DNA of 64,000 nt from an uncultured Candidatus Rokubacteria bacterium (GCA_963826115.1 CAWGVS010000008.1:30118-94117); one strand, 5' to 3'. Positions 27,866 to 40,601 are shown, numbered from the stretch's first letter. The notes: generated by a model not told the origin, from the sequence alone. Translations and numbers: made by a program.

Positions 27866-28864
27866 TCACGCCAGGGCGAGGGTCGCGTGCGCGTTGAGGG
27901 CGAGGTCGGCGCGCTCGCCGGCCGCGAGCCGGGCGGCGCCGGCCGCCGCGATCATCGCCGCGTTGTCGGTGCAGAGGCGCATCGGGGGCGCGGTCCAGCG
28001 ATAGCCGCGCTCGCCGCATTCGACCTCGAGCGCCTCGCGGAGCGCTCCGTTGGCGGCGACGCCACCCGTGAGGAGCACACGCCGGATGCCGAGCGTCCGG
28101 GCGGCGCGCACGGTCTTCCGGACGAGCATCTTTACGGCCGTCGCCTGGAACGAGGCGCACACGTCGGCGACGCCCCCGGGCGAGAGGGGCGCGTGCTGGC
28201 GGACGTAGAGACTCACCGCCGTCTTGAGCCCCGAGAAGGAGAAGTCCGGCGCGCCGTCCTGGAACTGCGCGACCGGGAACCCGATGGCCTTGGGATCGCC
28301 CGCCCGGGCGGTCCGCTCCACCACGGGGCCGCCCGGGTAGCCGAGCCCGAGGAGCTTCGCGACCTTGTCGAACGCCTCGCCGGCGGCGTCGTCCCGCGTC
28401 TGGCCGACCAGGCGATAGCGGAGCGGGGCCTCGCAGGCGTAGAGAGCCGTGTGACCACCGGACACCACGAGGGCGAGGAACGGCGGCTCGAGCGCGGGGT
28501 CCGCGAGCCGCCCGGCGAAGATGTGCCCCTCGAGGTGATTCACGCCGACCAGGGGGAGGCGGTGGACGTAGGCGAGGGCCTTGGCCACGGACAGGCCGAC
28601 GAGGAGGGAGCCCACCAGACCGGGACCGTGAGTGACCGCGATCCCGTCGAGATCGGGCAGCCGCACCCCGGCGTCGTCGAGGGCGCGGGTCAGCACCGGG
28701 AGCACGACCTCGAGGTGCCGGCGCGACGCGAGCTCCGGCACCACGCCGCCGTAGCGCGCGTGGATCCCATCCTGGGACTCGACGACGTTGGACCGCAGGG
28801 CCCCGTCGGCGAGCACGGCCGCGGCCGTCTCGTCGCAGGAACTCTCGATGCCGAGGACGAGCAT
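27866..28864 (-). CDS. tsaD: tRNA t6A threonylcarbamoyltransferase TsaD
   Basis: LGIESSCDET, GGVVPELASR, HLEGH, VSGGHT, DDAAGEAFDK, CTDNAAMI. Confidence 0.97.
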   Translation of the reverse strand: MLVLGIESSCDETAAAVLADGALRSNVVESQDGIHARYGGVVPELASRRHLEVVLPVLTRALDDAGVRLPDLDGIAVTHGPGLVGSLLVGLSVAKALAYVHRLPLVGVNHLEGHIFAGRLADPALEPPFLALVVSGGHTALYACEAPLRYRLVGQTRDDAAGEAFDKVAKLLGLGYPGGPVVERTARAGDPKAIGFPVAQFQDGAPDFSFSGLKTAVSLYVRQHAPLSPGGVADVCASFQATAVKMLVRKTVRAARTLGIRRVLLTGGVAANGALREALEVECGERGYRWTAPPMRLCTDNAAMIAAAGAARLAAGERADLALNAHATLALA

Positions 28865-28940
28865 GCGCGGGAGCGGGACGACCCGGCCGACCGGGGTCCG
28901 CGGTCCCGGCCGGCCGGACGCCGGCCGGGACCCAGTCGCC

Positions 28941-30191
28941 CTAGCCGGCCTTGGCGGTCGGCTTGGTCTTGTCGAGGATGCGGGACGCCTTCAGGATCTC
29001 GATCGCCCGCTGGAGCTGGACGTCCCGCTTCATCTGCTCGGCCTCGGGCAGGGGCGGGGCACCCGGCTTCACGGCCCCCGCCTCGTCCTTCGGGGCCTCG
29101 ATCACGATGTCGGGCGTGATGCCCTTCCCGTGGATGGAGCGGCCCTTCGGCGTGAAGTAGCGCGCGGTGGTGAGCCGGAGCCCGGAGCCGTCCGCCAGCG
29201 GGATGATGGTCTGCACCGACCCCTTGCCGAACGTCTGCGTGCCGAGGACGACGCCCCGGCCGTGGTCCTGGACCGCGCCCGCCACGATCTCCGAGGCCGA
29301 CGCGGAGCCCTGGTTGACGAGCACGACCAGCGGGACGTCGGTGACCGCCCGCTTCGCGTGGGCGGTGAAGCGCATGTTCTGATTCCGCACCCGGCCCTCG
29401 GTGTAGACGATGAGCTTGCCGTCGCCGAGGAACTCCTCGGAGACCTCCACCGCCGACGAGAGGAGCCCGCCCGGGTTGAACCGGAGGTCCAGGATCAGGC
29501 CCGCGAGCTGCCCGCCCTTGTCGAACTTCTCGACGGCGGCGACGAGGTCCGGCGCCGTCCGCTCCTGGAACTGGCGGATGCGGATGTAGCCGATCCCCGG
29601 CTCGAGCTCCTGGGCCTTGATGCTCTGGACCTGGATGACCTCGCGCATGAGCGAGACGTCGAACGGCTCCTTGGCGCCTTCCCGCACGACCGTGATCGTG
29701 ACCTTCGTCCCCTTCGGCCCGCGCATCTTCTTGACGGCGTCCGCGAGGCTCATGTCCTTGGTGGCGAGGCCCTCGATCTTCACGATGCGGTCGTTGGGCT
29801 GGATGCCCGCTCGCCAGGCCGGCGTGCCGTCGATCGGCGCCACGACGGTCAGCACGTCGTCGCGGACCGTGATCTCGATCCCGAGGCCGCCGAAGCTGCC
29901 CGAGGTCTCCACCTGCATCTCGCGGTAGCTCTCGGGGTCCATGAAGGAGGAGTGCGGGTCGAGCGAACGCAGCATGCCCCGAACCGCGCCGTAGATGACC
30001 TCCTTCGGCTCGGTCTCGTCGACGTACTGGTTCTGGATGATCGACAGCACGTCGGTGAAGAGCTTGAGCTGCTCGTAGGTGGCGGTGCGATCGACGCCCT
30101 TGGAGGCGCTGGTGCCGCCCAAGGACAGCGTCAGCACCACCAGTACGGCCGCCGCCAGGAACGCCTTGCCGATCGGCTTCCCCGCACGCAT
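28941..30191 (-). CDS. ctpA: Carboxy-terminal processing protease (S41)
   Basis: LDPHS, PDZ, DLRFNPGG, SASASEIVAGA, TFGKGSVQ. Confidence 0.94.
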   Translation of the reverse strand: MRAGKPIGKAFLAAAVLVVLTLSLGGTSASKGVDRTATYEQLKLFTDVLSIIQNQYVDETEPKEVIYGAVRGMLRSLDPHSSFMDPESYREMQVETSGSFGGLGIEITVRDDVLTVVAPIDGTPAWRAGIQPNDRIVKIEGLATKDMSLADAVKKMRGPKGTKVTITVVREGAKEPFDVSLMREVIQVQSIKAQELEPGIGYIRIRQFQERTAPDLVAAVEKFDKGGQLAGLILDLRFNPGGLLSSAVEVSEEFLGDGKLIVYTEGRVRNQNMRFTAHAKRAVTDVPLVVLVNQGSASASEIVAGAVQDHGRGVVLGTQTFGKGSVQTIIPLADGSGLRLTTARYFTPKGRSIHGKGITPDIVIEAPKDEAGAVKPGAPPLPEAEQMKRDVQLQRAIEILKASRILDKTKPTAKAG

Positions 30192-30238
30192 GAGCGACTC
30201 CTTCTCCGCGACGACCGGGTCGCGCCGGTCCGGGCCGC

Positions 30239-31453
30239 TCAGGGGCGGCGCCGGAGCCAGAGCTGGGGGTCCTCCGCCCGGCTCTGGTAACGCACCTCGA
30301 AGTGGAGGCGGGGCCCCTCGACCGACCCGGTCTCGCCGACTCGGCCGACCAGATCCCCGCCCTTCACCTGGTCTCCCTCGTCGACCAGAATCTGCGAGGC
30401 GTGAGCGTAGAGGGTGTAGTAGCCGTCCCCGTGATCCAGGACTAAGAGGTTACCATAACCCTTCAACCAGCCGCGATACGCGACGGTCCCCGGCGCCACC
30501 GCCCGGATCGGGGTCCCCTCGGCCGCTTCGATGTCGATGCCGGTCCGCACGGTCTCCGTCCCGAACCGCGGGTGCGTCTCGCGGCCGAATCCCGTGACGA
30601 CGCGGCCCTCGGTCGGCCACGGGAGCTGGCCGCGTTCCCGCCCGAGGCCGACCGCGGGGCCCGGCGTGGGCGTCGGGGTCGCCCGCGCCACCACCCGTCG
30701 CGGCGGCGCGCGGCGAGCCAGGCTCCGCACCAGGACCTCCAGGCGGCGCGCGGCCTCGCTGAGCTCCCCCGCCAGGCGCTCGTGCGTGGCGCGATCCTCC
30801 CGTGTCTCGGCGAGGAGCGTGCGCCGGCGCTCCGCCTGGGTCGCGATCTGCGCGCGCTCGCCGTCGACGGCGCTCCGGAGCTCGACGAGCTCGCGCCGCG
30901 CGCGCGCCGCCGCCTCCTGGCGCGCCGCCAGGTGGTCCGCGGTCGCATCGTACCGCGTGAGCCGGTCCAGGTCGTCACGGGCGATGCCGGTGAGATCGGC
31001 GATGGCCTGCCGGCGCGTGAGCGCCGCCGGCCCCGCGGCCCACGGCGGCGCGGCGGGCGCGACCGCGAGCCGGGCGAGCGTCTCGAGGCGCGCCGAGAGC
31101 GCGGCCTGCTGGCTCACGAGATCCTCGACGACGCGGTCACGCCGGCCCTCGAGCGCGTCGAGCTCCGCCTCGACCTGGACGATGCGGCGATCGAGCTGCT
31201 GGAGCGCCCCACGCTTCTGCGCGAGGCTCCGGTCGATCCCCTCGAGCTCCGCGAGCAGCGAGACCTCGCGGCGCCGCGCCGCGGAGGCGCGCTCGCGCGC
31301 TTCGTCGAGTTGGCGCCGCACCTCGCCGAGCGCGTCCTGCTTGGCCTTGAGGTTCTGACGCCCGGTCGGCGGCGGGGCGGCGGACGCCGGCGCGAGGCCG
31401 GAGCCGAGGAGCAGGAGGACCACTGCGGCGAGGAGCCGCCGGCGGGCCCGCAT
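30239..31453 (-). CDS. envC: Murein hydrolase activator EnvC-like (coiled coil plus degenerate M23)
   Basis: Signal peptide, long coiled coil, GQLPWP, GIDI, GYGNLLVLDHG, LHFEVR; directly downstream of ftsEX. Confidence 0.85.
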   Translation of the reverse strand: MRARRRLLAAVVLLLLGSGLAPASAAPPPTGRQNLKAKQDALGEVRRQLDEARERASAARRREVSLLAELEGIDRSLAQKRGALQQLDRRIVQVEAELDALEGRRDRVVEDLVSQQAALSARLETLARLAVAPAAPPWAAGPAALTRRQAIADLTGIARDDLDRLTRYDATADHLAARQEAAARARRELVELRSAVDGERAQIATQAERRRTLLAETREDRATHERLAGELSEAARRLEVLVRSLARRAPPRRVVARATPTPTPGPAVGLGRERGQLPWPTEGRVVTGFGRETHPRFGTETVRTGIDIEAAEGTPIRAVAPGTVAYRGWLKGYGNLLVLDHGDGYYTLYAHASQILVDEGDQVKGGDLVGRVGETGSVEGPRLHFEVRYQSRAEDPQLWLRRRP

Positions 31454-31467
31454 CCCGCGCGCCCGGA

Positions 31468-32343
31468 TCAGGCGCGGCCGGCGGCGAGGGCGCCGGCAGG
31501 GCCGAGAGCCGCGCCGGCGGCGGTGAGCCCCGCGAGCCAGGCGGGCGGGAGCAGCGGCAAGGGGTCGAGCCCGAGCACCGCCCGCAGCCAGCCCCCGACC
31601 CAGGCGGCGCCCGGCTCGGAGGCGAGGAGCAGCGCCGAGAGCCCGAGCAGCGACCCGAGCGTCGCGAGGAGGAGCGCCTGGAGCAGGAGCGGGCCCGCCA
31701 GGCGGAGCGGCGGCACGCCGGCCAAACGCAGGATCCCGGCTTCCTCCGCACCCGCGCGCCGCGCGGTCCCCGTCGCCCCGGCGGCCGCGGCGAGCGCCGC
31801 GAGCGCGAGCACCGCGGCCAGCGCGAGCCCGCCCAGCCGGAGCCCGCCGCGGAACCGCTCGAGGGGCTCGACCCAGCCGAACGCCGCCTGGACCTCCGTC
31901 ACGCCCGGCAAGCGGTCGAGGGTCTCGGCCAGCGCGCGCAGCTCCGCGGCGTCCATCGCCGGAGACGGGGTGACCTCGAGCCGTGGCGGCAGGGGGTTCG
32001 AGGGCAGCCGGTCGAGGCCCTCCCCCCGCGGGCCGAGGAGCCGCCGGAGCTCGGCCAGGGCCACGGCAGGGCCAACGTAGCGCACGTCCGCCACCCCCGG
32101 GATGGACCGGGTCCGCCCGACGACCCCGTCGGGTGCCTCGGGACGTGGCCCCGGGTCCCTCAGGACGGCCACCATCCGCAGGTCGGCCCGCCATGTCGCC
32201 TCGGACAGGCCGAGAGCGAGGTCCCCGGCGAGGGTCGCGCCCGCGAGCAGGACGGCGAGCGCGGACAGGAAGACGGTGGCGGCGGCGGTCACGCCGCCGC
32301 GGCGGCACCCGTCGAGCGTCGCCTCGAGGAGGTAGCTAGACAG
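31468..32343 (-). CDS. ftsX: Cell division permease FtsX (divergent)
   Basis: NPLP motif, LVG-like LAGVP..LAGPLLLQ, position between ftsE and envC. Frame extends to CTG 32343 (YLLEATLDGCRR); alternative GTG at 32292. Confidence 0.78.
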   Translation of the reverse strand: MSSYLLEATLDGCRRGGVTAAATVFLSALAVLLAGATLAGDLALGLSEATWRADLRMVAVLRDPGPRPEAPDGVVGRTRSIPGVADVRYVGPAVALAELRRLLGPRGEGLDRLPSNPLPPRLEVTPSPAMDAAELRALAETLDRLPGVTEVQAAFGWVEPLERFRGGLRLGGLALAAVLALAALAAAAGATGTARRAGAEEAGILRLAGVPPLRLAGPLLLQALLLATLGSLLGLSALLLASEPGAAWVGGWLRAVLGLDPLPLLPPAWLAGLTAAGAALGPAGALAAGRA

Positions 32344-33016
32344 GATCGCCCTCGGGGCGCAGCCGGCCGCCCGTCAGCTGAAGGACGCGCCCGTCGAGCG
32401 CGCGCGCGAGCTCGGGCGCCTGCGTCGTGACGAGACACGTGGTGCCGTGGCCGGGCAGGCTCCGGAGAAGCGCCACCACGGCGGCGGCCGCCGCCGGGTC
32501 CAGCATCGTCGTGGGCTCGTCGGCGAGGAAGAGGCGCGGCCGGGTCGCGAGCGCGCGCGCGAGCAGGACCCGCCGGCGCTCCCCCGCCGCGAGCTCGTAC
32601 GGCAGCGCGTTGCGCGCCGGGCCAAGCCCGACCTCGACGAGGGCCGCGAGGGCACGCTCCCGCGCGTCCGCACGCCCGGCCCCGAGGGCGCGCAGCACGA
32701 CGGTGAGGTTGCCGAGCGCCGTCCGATCCGGGAGGAGCCGGCCCTCCTGCTCGAAAACGCCCAGGCCGCGGCGGAGACGCGCGAGGCCTCGCGCGCCGAG
32801 CGCGCCCACCTCGGCCCCTTCCACCAGGACGGCGCCGCGGGTCGGGCGCTCGTCCCCGGTGATCAGGTGGAGCAGGGTCGATTTGCCCGCGCCGATCGGG
32901 CCGACCACGACGGCCAGCTCGCCCGGCTTGACCTCGAACGACAGGTCGGACAGCGCCTCGACGCGCCCGCCCACCGCGCGCTCGTAGACCTTGGAGACGC
33001 CACGGAACTCGAGCAT
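32336..33016 (-). CDS. ftsE: Cell division ATP-binding protein FtsE (divergent)
   Basis: MLEFRGVSKVY, GPIGAGKST, LRRGLGV, LADEPT. Confidence 0.85.
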   Translation of the reverse strand: MLEFRGVSKVYERAVGGRVEALSDLSFEVKPGELAVVVGPIGAGKSTLLHLITGDERPTRGAVLVEGAEVGALGARGLARLRRGLGVFEQEGRLLPDRTALGNLTVVLRALGAGRADARERALAALVEVGLGPARNALPYELAAGERRRVLLARALATRPRLFLADEPTTMLDPAAAAAVVALLRSLPGHGTTCLVTTQAPELARALDGRVLQLTGGRLRPEGDPV

Positions 33017-33028
33017 GAGCCCACGGTC

Positions 33029-33034
33029 ATTATA
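33029..33034 (-). promoter_or_regulatory. -10 box of ftsE
   Basis: Perfect TATAAT 12 nt upstream of the ATG; no SD. Confidence 0.55.
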
Positions 33035-33096
33035 GGAAGCGGGGTCCGGCGGCCCGCCGGCTTTTCTGGGGGGCCGGATGGCACCCGGCCGCGGCG

Positions 33097-34548
33097 TCAG
33101 CCGGCGGCCAGTCGCTCGCCGAGGAGACGGTTGACGATCTGGGGATTGGCCTTCCCGTGCGTGGCCTTCATCACCTGCCCCACGAGGAACCCCGCCGCCT
33201 GCTTCTTGCCGCGGCGGTAGTCATCCACGACGCTCGGGTGGGCGGCGACGACCTCCTCGATCACCCGCCCGATGGCGTCCTCGTCGGCGACCTGACGGAG
33301 GCCCTCGCGCCGCACGATGGCGTCGGGATCCTCACCGGTGCGGGCCATCCGCTCGAAGAGCTCCTTGGCCATCTTCCCGCTGATCGTCCCGTCGTCGACC
33401 AGCGCGACGAGCCGCGCGAGCGCCGGCGGGCGCACCGGCGAGCTGGCGACGGCCGCGGGATCGCCGCGGAGCTCGCGCAGGAGCTCCGAGCCGATCCAGT
33501 TGGCCAGCGCCTTCGGGTTCGGATGGCTCCGGACCGCCTCCTCGAAGTAGTCGGCGAGCGCTCGGTCGCCCGTCAGGAGCTCGGCGTCTGACGCCGGCAG
33601 GCCGTACTCCGTCAGGAAGCGCTGGCGGCGGGCACGCGGAAGCTCGGGCAGCGCCGCCTCGATCGACGCGACCCACGCCGGCGGCGGCTCGAGCGGCACC
33701 AGGTCCGGATCGGGGAAATACCGGTAGTCGTGGGCGTACTCCTTCGAGCGCATGGACAGGGTGAGGCCGCGCTCCGGGTTCCAGAGCCGCGTCTCCTGGA
33801 CCACGCGCTCGCCCCGCTCGAGGGCCTCGGCCTGGCGCGCCGCCTCGTACTCGAGGGCGTCCCGCACGTGCCGGAACGAGTTCATGTTCTTGATCTCGAC
33901 CTTCGTCCCGAGCTCGGGCGCCCCGGGGCGCCGGACCGACACGTTCGCGTCGCAGCGGAGCGAGCCCGCCTCCATGTTCCCGTCGCAGACGCCGAGGTAC
34001 CTCAGGATGGTCCGGAGGCTCCGGAGGTACTCCGCCGCCTCCGCGGGGGCGCGGAGGTCCGGACGCGACACGATCTCCATCAGGGGCACGCCCGCCCGGT
34101 TGTAGTCGACGAGGCTCGCCGTCGCCGTCTCGAACACGCCGCCTTCGTGCGTCAGCTTCCCGACGTCCTCCTCGAGGTGGAGGCGCTCGATCCCGACGCG
34201 GCGCGGGGCGCCGTCCACCTCGATCTCCAGCCACCCGTCTTCGGCCAGCGGCGCCTCGTACTGGCTGATCTGGTAGTTCTTCGGCATGTCCGGGTAGAAG
34301 TAGTGCTTCCGGGCGAAGCGGCACGCGGCGTTGATGCGGCAGTGGAGCGCCCGGGCGGTGCGGATGCCGAACTCGACGGCCCGGCGGTTGATCACCGGCA
34401 GGACGCCCGGCATCCCCTGGCACACGGGGCACGTCTGGGTGTTCGGCGCCGACCCGAACACGGTGGCGCAGCCGCAGAACATCTTGGAGTGCGTGAGGAG
34501 CTGCGCGTGGACCTCGAGGCCGATGACCGTCTCCCAGCCGGAGCTCAC
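33097..34548 (-). CDS. gatB: Asp/Glu-tRNA amidotransferase subunit B
   Basis: [45 protein letters not shown]. Confidence 0.97.
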   Translation of the reverse strand: MSSGWETVIGLEVHAQLLTHSKMFCGCATVFGSAPNTQTCPVCQGMPGVLPVINRRAVEFGIRTARALHCRINAACRFARKHYFYPDMPKNYQISQYEAPLAEDGWLEIEVDGAPRRVGIERLHLEEDVGKLTHEGGVFETATASLVDYNRAGVPLMEIVSRPDLRAPAEAAEYLRSLRTILRYLGVCDGNMEAGSLRCDANVSVRRPGAPELGTKVEIKNMNSFRHVRDALEYEAARQAEALERGERVVQETRLWNPERGLTLSMRSKEYAHDYRYFPDPDLVPLEPPPAWVASIEAALPELPRARRQRFLTEYGLPASDAELLTGDRALADYFEEAVRSHPNPKALANWIGSELLRELRGDPAAVASSPVRPPALARLVALVDDGTISGKMAKELFERMARTGEDPDAIVRREGLRQVADEDAIGRVIEEVVAAHPSVVDDYRRGKKQAAGFLVGQVMKATHGKANPQIVNRLLGERLAAG

Positions 34549-36032
34549 GCCGGCACTCCCCCGGACACGGGCGCGACCTCCGGCCGGCGCCGCGGCACGC
34601 CCCGGGCCGCCTCGTACGCGCCCGCCACGCGGAACAGCATCGCCTCGTCGAACGGCTTGGCGATCACCTGGAGCCCGATCGGCAGCCCGCCGAGCGAGAA
34701 GCCGCACGGGACGGAGATGGCGGGCACGCCCGCCAGCGGCGCCGGGATCGTGAAGACGTCGTTCAGGTACATCGCGATGGGGTCGTCGGTCTTCTCGCCG
34801 ATCTTGAAGGCCGGAGTGGGCGCCGTCGGGGACACGATGGCGTCGACCTCGGCGAAGGCCCGCTCGAAGTCGCGGCGGATCAGCGTGCGGACCCGCTGGG
34901 CCTGCGCGTAGTAGGCGTCGTAGTAGCCCGCGGACAGCACGTAGGTGCCCAGCATGATCCGGCGCCGCACCTCGGGACCGAACCCCGTCGCGCGCGTGCG
35001 TGCGGTCATCGACACGAGGTCCCGGCCCTCCGCGCGCCGTCCGTACTTGACGCCGTCGTAGCGGGCGAGGTTCGACGACGCCTCGGCCGGCGCCACGATG
35101 TAGTACGTCGCGACGCCGGCAGCGGTGTGCGGGAGCGACACCCGGCGCGTCCGCGCGCCCTGCCGCTCGAGGAGCCGGATCGCCTCGCGCACCGCGTGCT
35201 CCACCTCGGGGTCTAGCCCCGCCACGAAGTACTCGTCCGGGATGCCGAGGGTCAGGCCCTCGACCCCGCGGCCGACGGCCGCCTGGTAGTCGGGCACCGG
35301 CTCGGGCGCCGCGGTGGAGTCCAGAGGATCGGGGCCCGCGATGGCCTCGAGGAGGAGCGCCGCGTCGCGGACGTCCTTCGTGAGCGGCCCGATCTGGTCG
35401 AGCGACGAGGCGAAGGCGATGAGCCCGTAGCGCGAGACACGGCCCCAGGTGGGCTTGAGCCCCACCACGCCGCAGAGCGCGGCCGGCTGCCGGACAGAGC
35501 CCCCGGTGTCCGAGCCGAGGCCGCCGGCCGCCAGGTCGGCGGCGACGGCGGCGGCCGAGCCGCCCGAGGACCCGCCCGGGACCCGATCGAGGCCCCAGGG
35601 GTTGCGCGTCACGTGGAAACCCGAATTCTCCGTGGACGAGCCCATCGCGAACTCGTCGCAGTTGGTCTTGCCGAGGACGATCGCGCCTTCGCCGACCAGG
35701 CGGACCACGGCGGTCGCGTCGTACGGCGGCACGAAGCCGTCGAGGATGCGGGAGCCGCACGTCGTGCGAATGCCGCGGGTGCAGAGGACGTCCTTGATCG
35801 CGAGCGGCACCCCCTCGAGCGGTCGCGGGGGATCCCCGCGCCGGAACCGCTCGTCGACGGCCTCGGCCTGAGCCCGCGCCGACTCGGCCGCCACCGCGAG
35901 GTAGGCGCCCAGCGTCTCGTTGAGGAGCGCGATGCGCCCGAGGTACGCCTCGACCAGCGCGCGGGCCGTGACGCGGCCGTCCCGCAGCGCCTTCACGGTC
36001 TCGTGGATGGTGAGCCCGGTCGAGTCGGTCAC
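34545..36032 (-). CDS. gatA: Asp/Glu-tRNA amidotransferase subunit A
   Basis: [48 protein letters not shown]. Confidence 0.97.
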   Translation of the reverse strand: MTDSTGLTIHETVKALRDGRVTARALVEAYLGRIALLNETLGAYLAVAAESARAQAEAVDERFRRGDPPRPLEGVPLAIKDVLCTRGIRTTCGSRILDGFVPPYDATAVVRLVGEGAIVLGKTNCDEFAMGSSTENSGFHVTRNPWGLDRVPGGSSGGSAAAVAADLAAGGLGSDTGGSVRQPAALCGVVGLKPTWGRVSRYGLIAFASSLDQIGPLTKDVRDAALLLEAIAGPDPLDSTAAPEPVPDYQAAVGRGVEGLTLGIPDEYFVAGLDPEVEHAVREAIRLLERQGARTRRVSLPHTAAGVATYYIVAPAEASSNLARYDGVKYGRRAEGRDLVSMTARTRATGFGPEVRRRIMLGTYVLSAGYYDAYYAQAQRVRTLIRRDFERAFAEVDAIVSPTAPTPAFKIGEKTDDPIAMYLNDVFTIPAPLAGVPAISVPCGFSLGGLPIGLQVIAKPFDEAMLFRVAGAYEAARGVPRRRPEVAPVSGGVPA

Positions 36033-36036
36033 CGGC

Positions 36037-36336
36037 TCACTCCTCCAGGATCCGCGGCACGCGGAACTGCCCGTCCTCTGCGTCGGGCGCGTTCCCGAGC
36101 ATGGCCTCGGCCGGATAGCACGGCCGCACCTCGTCGTCCCGCATGACGTTCACGAGGGGCAGCACGTGGGCGGTGGGCTCGATCCCCGCGGTGTCGACAC
36201 TGCGCAGCTGCTCGACGTAGCCGAGGATGGCCTCGAGCTGGCTCCGCATCTGCGCTTTCTCGGCGTCGCCGAGGGCGAGCCGCGCGAGGCGCGCCACGTG
36301 CTCGACGTCGGCCAGCGTGATCTTCACGTCGCCCAT
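36037..36336 (-). CDS. gatC: Asp/Glu-tRNA amidotransferase subunit C
   Basis: [15 protein letters not shown]...MRDD...FRVPRI. Confidence 0.95.
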   Translation of the reverse strand: MGDVKITLADVEHVARLARLALGDAEKAQMRSQLEAILGYVEQLRSVDTAGIEPTAHVLPLVNVMRDDEVRPCYPAEAMLGNAPDAEDGQFRVPRILEE

Positions 36337-36406
36337 GGGATGCGCTCCTGCCGCCTCTCCGCCGCGCGGCCCCGGGGGCGGCACGCGGGCGGGGCGTTCG
36401 CCGAGT

Positions 36407-38626
36407 CTACACCTCTTCGAGCGGAGCGTACTTGAGGAGGAGACGCTTCCGGCCGACGGAGGCGAAGTTCACGGTCACGACGACGTCCGCGCCATCCTTC
36501 TGGATGCCCGTGAGGATCCCGTCCCCCCAGTCCGCGTGGCGGACCCGGGCGCCGACACGGAGCGGGTAGTCGTCGTCCGGGTCGGGATCGCGCTCCGGCC
36601 CCGGCTCGGACACGCGCCCCGGCCACGCCGCCGGCCGGCCGGCGCCGGGCTCCGCCCGCCGGCCGCCGATCGTGACCACCGCGTCGGCCGGCATCTCGAG
36701 GAGGAACCGGGAGGGCTCGCGGAGCCCCGCGTACCCCCCGAGCCGACGCTCGGCGGCGTAGGAAAGGAAGAGCCGCTCCTTGGCGCGGGTGAGGCCCACG
36801 TAGGCGAGCCGGCGCTCCTCCTCCACCCCGTCCTCGTCGTCGAGGGCACGGCCGTGCGGGAACACACCCTCCTCGAGCCCCGTGAGGAACACCGCGGGGA
36901 ACTCGAGCCCCTTGGCCGAGTGGAGCGTCATCAGCGTCGTGGCCGGCCGCGCCTCTTCGAGCTCGTCGACGTCCGCGATCAGGGCCACCGAGTCGAGGAA
37001 GTCGCCGAGGTCTCCGCCCGCCGGGCGCGCGGCGAACTCCTCGGCCGCCACGACGAGCTCGTCGAGGTTCTCGAGGCGGCTCTCCGCCTCGGCCGTGCTC
37101 TCGCGGCGGAGTGCCTCGCGGAGCCCCGAGCCGTCGATGACCGCCGCCACCCGCGCACCGAGCGGGCCCGGCGTCGCGGCCGTCGTCCGCAGCTGGTCCA
37201 GCAGGCGCCCGAACGCCCCGAGCGCCCGCCCCGCCCGGCCGCCGAGCTCCTCCGGCGCCTGCGCCGCCGTCGCGAGGAGCGGGGTCCGGGCGGCCGCCGC
37301 CAGCTCCTCGAGCCGGCCCAGCGTGGTGCGCCCGACCCCGCGCGGCGGCGCGCCGAGGGCCCGCCGGAAGGCGAGATCGTCCGCCGGGTTCGTGACGAGC
37401 CGGAGGTACGCGAGCGCGTCCTTGATCTCGCGCCGCTCGTAGAAGCGGACGCTCCCCACGATGTGGTAGGGCAGCCCCGCCACGCGGAAGGCGTCCTCGA
37501 GCACGCGCGACTGGGCATTCGTCCGGTAGAGCACCGCCACCCCATCGAGTGCCACGCCTTCCGTCCGCAGCTCGGCGACGGTCCGCGCCACCCAGAGGGC
37601 CTCCTCGCCCTCGTCGCGGGCCCGGAAGAGCCGCGCCGGCTCACCCTGCGCGTTCTCGGTCCAGAGGCTCTTCTCCTTGCGGGCCTGGTTGTGCGCGATC
37701 ACCCCGCCGGCGATCTCCAGGATCCGGCCCGTCGACCGGTAGTTCTGCTCGAGCCGGACCACCCGGCATCCCGGGAAGTCCCGCTCGAAGTCGAGGATGT
37801 TCCGGAGGTCCGCGCCCCGGAACCGGTAGATGGACTGGTCGGGGTCGCCGACCACGCACAGGTTCCGGTGGACGCCGGTCAGCTGGCGGAGGAACCGGTA
37901 CTGCGCGGCGTTCGTGTCCTGGTACTCGTCGACGAGGACGTAGCGCCAGAGGTTCCGGTAGTACTCGAGGACCTCGGGGTGGCGGGCGAAGAGCTCGACC
38001 GTGAGGCCCAGCAGGTCGTCGAAGTCGATGGCGCCCAGCGCGCGAAGCCGGGCGGCGTACCGAGCGTAGAGCCGCGCCACGTCCGCCTGGCGGGGCCCCC
38101 GGACCGCGTCCTCGACCGCCTCCGGCCCGAGGAGCTGGTTCTTGGCCCGCGAGATCCGGGCGACCGCCGCCGACGGCGCGAGCGCGCGCTCGTCGAGCCC
38201 GAGCTCCTTGTAGCACTCGCGCACGAGCGCCAGCCGGTCGGTCTCGTCGTAGATCACGAACGACCGGGGATAGCCGAGGTGGTGGATCTCGGCCCGGAGC
38301 ACGCGCGCGCACGTGGCGTGGAAGGTGGCGACCAGCGGGGGCCGCCGGCCGCCCCCGATCCCGCCGGCGAGGATCGCCGCCACGCGCGCGGCCATCTCGC
38401 CGGCCGCCTTGTTCGTGAACGTCACGGCCAGGATGCGTCGCGGATCCACGCCTTGGGCCACGAGGTACGCGATCCGGTGCGCGATGACGCGGGTCTTCCC
38501 GCTCCCCGCCCCGGCGAGGACGAGCAGAGGGCCGTCGACGTGGCGGACGGCCTCGCGCTGGACCGGATTGAGGCCGGCGAGCAGCGCCGCGGCGTCCGCC
38601 GGCAGATCGGGGGCTTCCGGGATCAT
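36407..38626 (-). CDS. pcrA: ATP-dependent DNA helicase PcrA/UvrD
   Basis: AGAGSGKT, TFTNKAA, DEYQD, GDPDQSIY, HSAKGLEF, EERRL, C-terminal Tudor domain. Confidence 0.95.
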   Translation of the reverse strand: MIPEAPDLPADAAALLAGLNPVQREAVRHVDGPLLVLAGAGSGKTRVIAHRIAYLVAQGVDPRRILAVTFTNKAAGEMAARVAAILAGGIGGGRRPPLVATFHATCARVLRAEIHHLGYPRSFVIYDETDRLALVRECYKELGLDERALAPSAAVARISRAKNQLLGPEAVEDAVRGPRQADVARLYARYAARLRALGAIDFDDLLGLTVELFARHPEVLEYYRNLWRYVLVDEYQDTNAAQYRFLRQLTGVHRNLCVVGDPDQSIYRFRGADLRNILDFERDFPGCRVVRLEQNYRSTGRILEIAGGVIAHNQARKEKSLWTENAQGEPARLFRARDEGEEALWVARTVAELRTEGVALDGVAVLYRTNAQSRVLEDAFRVAGLPYHIVGSVRFYERREIKDALAYLRLVTNPADDLAFRRALGAPPRGVGRTTLGRLEELAAAARTPLLATAAQAPEELGGRAGRALGAFGRLLDQLRTTAATPGPLGARVAAVIDGSGLREALRRESTAEAESRLENLDELVVAAEEFAARPAGGDLGDFLDSVALIADVDELEEARPATTLMTLHSAKGLEFPAVFLTGLEEGVFPHGRALDDEDGVEEERRLAYVGLTRAKERLFLSYAAERRLGGYAGLREPSRFLLEMPADAVVTIGGRRAEPGAGRPAAWPGRVSEPGPERDPDPDDDYPLRVGARVRHADWGDGILTGIQKDGADVVVTVNFASVGRKRLLLKYAPLEEV

Positions 38627-38713
38627 CGGGCCATCCGCGGGCGGGCGTCGAGGGCGAGACACAGGCTCACGAGGAGCCAGAGTACACCGGAAGCGCGGCG
38701 CGGGGCCGCGGGC

Positions 38714-40552
<1,839 letters not shown>

Positions 40553-40601
40553 CGCGTCGTCACCTCGCTGGGAGAGTTGGCCACTGGCGCGGCTCTGAGC
40601 G

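Noticed and set aside
28903-28931. GC hairpin between ctpA and tsaD
   Set aside because: No U tract and a single copy; an ordinary intercistronic stem with nothing further to claim.
30239-30600. Missing Zn ligands in the M23 domain
   Set aside because: Expected for EnvC-type activators, so not unusual.
33046-33066. Hairpin plus T-run resembling an intrinsic terminator
   Set aside because: The T-run is on the plus strand while both flanking genes are on the minus strand; it sits in the ftsE promoter region.
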